A stretch of 46,985 nt of DNA from a virus (Duplodnaviria > Caudoviricetes). The position numbers and the translations under genes were made by a program. The notes under the pieces are model-generated. The model saw only the letters and a list, made by a program, of their open reading frames with translations. It made no database searches and was not told where the DNA came from. The DNA is taken from IMG/VR virus record IMGVR_UViG_3300016669_000013, positions 1-46,985 of that record. One strand, 5' to 3'. Within the stretch, counting starts at the first letter, position 1. Each line of letters begins with the position of its first letter. Of the stretch, positions 44,634 to 46,985 are shown in pieces.

Positions 44634-45724
44634 CAGAGAATAAGACGACCCCATCACCCGAGCCGCGTCTGATGGGTTATTCGTTAACATCACCGAGTCA
44701 TGGTAAGAACTCTCGGCTTGGGGACCAAAATGACGATAGGCCAAAAGATAGTCTTGCTTGTCCTCGTGATGGTAGTTGCGTGTGCGGGAATGATCACTCG
44801 ACACTTGTTGTTTGGCAGCTACGACATGGGGGACAAGACGGGCACGATTGGATTTATGGCGATCCTGCTCGCCTTGCTATTGGGGACTTCAGTAGCGGCG
44901 CTTTTTCCGGAAGCGTTCTAAGCTTTGCACTACTGCCACGGCAGAATGGGGACCCGGTTGCCTATCGCCATCGGCTGGCGGGCTCATCCGAATGGAACGT
45001 CAGCAACGCTGGCTACATGGACGGTGTGCGGGAGTGTATGCGCCATCTTGGCGACCAGCTGGAGATTGAGCCGCGGTTCGCAATGGAAAAACTGGACGGT
45101 AAATCGGCAGGCTCGCGCTCAATGGACGAGGCGAGCCTACCGTCTACTTCTCGTCTCTCACAACTTGAAGCACGTACCTCATGCGCCGCTTCGGTTAATG
45201 ATCAGTTAACGTCGCCGAGCCCACAGCCCCAGAACCATGCGCTAGGGTCCTGCGACCATCGTCCACACCCACCAGCACCCCAGAACAGCGACCAGCAGCC
45301 AGACCGTCACGATCACAGCAAGTCCACCACGACTAATTGGGCGTGCGATCTGGCTTTCGGCGAGCAGTCGGAATTCCGTCATCAGGTCGCCGGGAATGAG
45401 ACGGACAGCAAGAGCGATCCCGAGAGGGAGAAGCAACATCTCGTCAAGGTAGCCCAGGATGGGAATGAAGTCCGGGATGAGATCGACAGGCGAGAGAGCG
45501 TAGGCAGCCACGCAGCCTGCGACCAACTTTGCAGCGAACGGGGTCCGCTTGTCCTGAGCGGCGATCCAGAGTGCGATTGCATCCCTCTTCAAGGCTTTCG
45601 CCCAGTGTTTCAATCTCTCGAACCAGCTCTTCATACCTCGACATACACCGTCACGGCCGAAGAAACAGTAAAACCGACCCGGGCGGCATCCCCCGCGCCC
45701 CAGACGAAAAGCGAGGCACCATGA
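44630..45724 (+). CDS. 364-aa coupled ORF spanning two nested genes (probably an interrupted phage gene that still reads through)
   Basis: ATGA overlaps at both ends (44630-44633, 45721-45724); the interior reads like shadow sequence. Confidence 0.35.
   Translation: MTENKTTPSPEPRLMGYSLTSPSHGKNSRLGDQNDDRPKDSLACPRDGSCVCGNDHSTLVVWQLRHGGQDGHDWIYGDPARLAIGDFSSGAFSGSVLSFALLPRQNGDPVAYRHRLAGSSEWNVSNAGYMDGVRECMRHLGDQLEIEPRFAMEKLDGKSAGSRSMDEASLPSTSRLSQLEARTSCAASVNDQLTSPSPQPQNHALGSCDHRPHPPAPQNSDQQPDRHDHSKSTTTNWACDLAFGEQSEFRHQVAGNETDSKSDPEREKQHLVKVAQDGNEVRDEIDRRESVGSHAACDQLCSERGPLVLSGDPECDCIPLQGFRPVFQSLEPALHTSTYTVTAEETVKPTRAASPAPQTKSEAP
44730..44921 (+). CDS. Small two-TM membrane protein (moron-like)
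   Basis: KIVLLVLVMVVACAGMI and IGFMAILLALLLGTSVAALF; GGGGA RBS. Confidence 0.6.
   Translation: MTIGQKIVLLVLVMVVACAGMITRHLLFGSYDMGDKTGTIGFMAILLALLLGTSVAALFPEAF
45242..45634 (-). CDS. DUF1232 (YkvA-like) membrane protein
   Basis: AYALSPVDLIPDFIPILGYLDE signature. Confidence 0.9.
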   Translation of the reverse strand: MKSWFERLKHWAKALKRDAIALWIAAQDKRTPFAAKLVAGCVAAYALSPVDLIPDFIPILGYLDEMLLLPLGIALAVRLIPGDLMTEFRLLAESQIARPISRGGLAVIVTVWLLVAVLGCWWVWTMVAGP

Positions 45725-45900
45725 CCTCACAAGCTGTAGTCAAAAAGTCCGACCTGGACCGCATGGCTCAAGTAGCCAATGAGCGAAATACAGTCGTCGA
45801 ATATCAGAGGGCCAACGGTGACATAATCAGGGTGATGCCCGCAGCAACGGTATCGGTTGAGAAAAAGCTTCTTGCGCCGAAGGGTGGAGTTCGGCTTTGA
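45721..45900 (+). CDS. Putative excisionase / small integrase-coupled protein
   Basis: GAGG RBS; 59 aa; overlaps the integrase start. Confidence 0.55.
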   Translation: MTSQAVVKKSDLDRMAQVANERNTVVEYQRANGDIIRVMPAATVSVEKKLLAPKGGVRL

Positions 45901-46985
45901 TGGAAAACATGCCGCGCAAATTGCCTCTGAACGTGATTAAGGAAAAGAACCGTCACGGTACGTGTGTCTTTTACTATCGCGTGGGGAAGGGGCCGCGGAC
46001 CCGTCTACATGGCGCACCTGGCACACCCGAGTTCACCGCTGCCTACAAAGCAGTAGTCTCCGGCACACCTGCGGTAGAGCCGCGAAGATCGAAAAGCGAT
46101 ACGCGATCACTGAAGTGGTTGATTGAGCGCTACATGGAAAGCCGTAAGTGGGCGGCGCTTTCAGTCGCAACGCGCCGTGCTCGTGGAAACCTGTTTCTAC
46201 AGATGTTGAAGAACGCTGATGGCGCGTTCTTTGGCGACGTCTCGAAGCAGGATGTCGAAGCAGCGCTGGACGCCCGAGCAGCCACACCAGCGCAAGCGAA
46301 TTGTCTTCTCAAGGCTCTTCGAGGCCTATTCGAATGGGCGGTGAAGAGCGATTTAACGATCTTCGATCCGACACACGGTGTTGAGGCAGTCAAGTACAAG
46401 TCGGATGGCTTCGAACCTTGGGTGGCAGAAGACGTTGCGAAGTTCTGCACCAAATGGCAGATCGGCACCCGCCAGCGACTGGCCTTCGAGCTGCTGTTGT
46501 GCTCGGGCCTTCGGCGATCGGACATCGTGAGGGCAGGGCGCCAGCACATGGTAGGCAATACCTTCAGCATGCGAACACAGAAGACGGGAGCTGAGATAAC
46601 CGTAGAGTTTCCCGACCGGCTGATGAGCGTCATCGCTCAGACACAAACTGGCGATCTTGCCTTCATCGTTGGCGAGAACGGTCAGCCGTTCACGACGGAG
46701 TCATTTGGCAACTGGTTTCGTAAGCACTGCACTAACGCAGGCGTCGCAAAGAGCGCTCACGGTGTGCGCAAACTATCCGCAACCCTAGCCGCCAATGCCG
46801 GCGCGTCTTCTCACGAGCTGATGGCACAATATGGATGGGCAACCTCCCGCCAGGCTGAAACCTACACGAAGCAGGCGGATCGAAAGCGTCTTGGAGTTAG
46901 AGCTTCGAAGCTGGTTGCAGAACAAATCGAGGTCGAACTTTCCCCGCACCTAAATCCGAGTGCGGGGAAAACCGCGAAAAGCTAA
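45897..46985 (+). CDS. Tyrosine recombinase/integrase
   Basis: SGLRRSD (R), TQKTG (K), SAHGVRK (HxxR), YGW, ETYT (Y). Confidence 0.95.
   Translation: MMENMPRKLPLNVIKEKNRHGTCVFYYRVGKGPRTRLHGAPGTPEFTAAYKAVVSGTPAVEPRRSKSDTRSLKWLIERYMESRKWAALSVATRRARGNLFLQMLKNADGAFFGDVSKQDVEAALDARAATPAQANCLLKALRGLFEWAVKSDLTIFDPTHGVEAVKYKSDGFEPWVAEDVAKFCTKWQIGTRQRLAFELLLCSGLRRSDIVRAGRQHMVGNTFSMRTQKTGAEITVEFPDRLMSVIAQTQTGDLAFIVGENGQPFTTESFGNWFRKHCTNAGVAKSAHGVRKLSATLAANAGASSHELMAQYGWATSRQAETYTKQADRKRLGVRASKLVAEQIEVELSPHLNPSAGKTAKS

Larger units (their letters stand above)
1913..46985. mobile_element. Temperate prophage (lambda-like head, Mu-like contractile tail, P4-type replication, tyrosine integrase); may also include 1..1798
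   Basis: Contiguous integrase, early, immunity, replication, packaging, head, tail and lysis modules; att sites not found in the window, so the ends are approximate. Confidence 0.95.

Noticed and set aside
46920-46934. Possible LexA box GAAC-N7-GGTC in the integrase 3' end
   Set aside because: The second half-site has two mismatches and the site is inside the coding sequence.
1-46985. tRNA/rRNA genes, IS elements and att direct repeats
   Set aside because: None recognised by eye; tRNAscan-SE, ISEScan and flanking sequence would be needed to exclude them.

Overview
The window is an apparently near-complete temperate prophage of about 45 kb. Gene content and a GAAC-N7-GAAC LexA box point to an alphaproteobacterial, probably Rhizobium/Agrobacterium-like, host (inference). 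From right to left it contains: tyrosine integrase and a putative excisionase; an early + strand operon (HD hydrolase, SSB, DUF2303, C5 methyltransferase); a CI/Cro switch with four GGGA-N4-TCCC operators; P4-type primase and helicase with an iteron-rich origin; a lambda-like head module (gpA terminase, portal, ClpP-like protease, decoration protein, gpE capsid); a Mu-like contractile tail with a -1 frameshifted chaperone; a tail fibre and a beta-helix tailspike; and lysis genes. Three accessory blocks stand out. (1) A surface-polysaccharide cassette beside the tailspike encodes a GT2/GT92-like glycosyltransferase, an orphan and divergent KpsM-like capsule-export permease, a coupled 76-aa membrane peptide and an FDxxxYL-repeat protein. 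This is the best candidate for an undescribed capsule-conversion or superinfection-exclusion system. (2) A LexA-boxed three-gene cassette is inserted backwards in the lysis module. (3) A convergent HNH nuclease and TIR-domain gene pair at the left end may act in anti-phage defence. Two small-gene insertions also sit inside frames that stay open and coupled to the operon. The att sites could not be located. All family calls come from motif recognition by eye; no searches were run.
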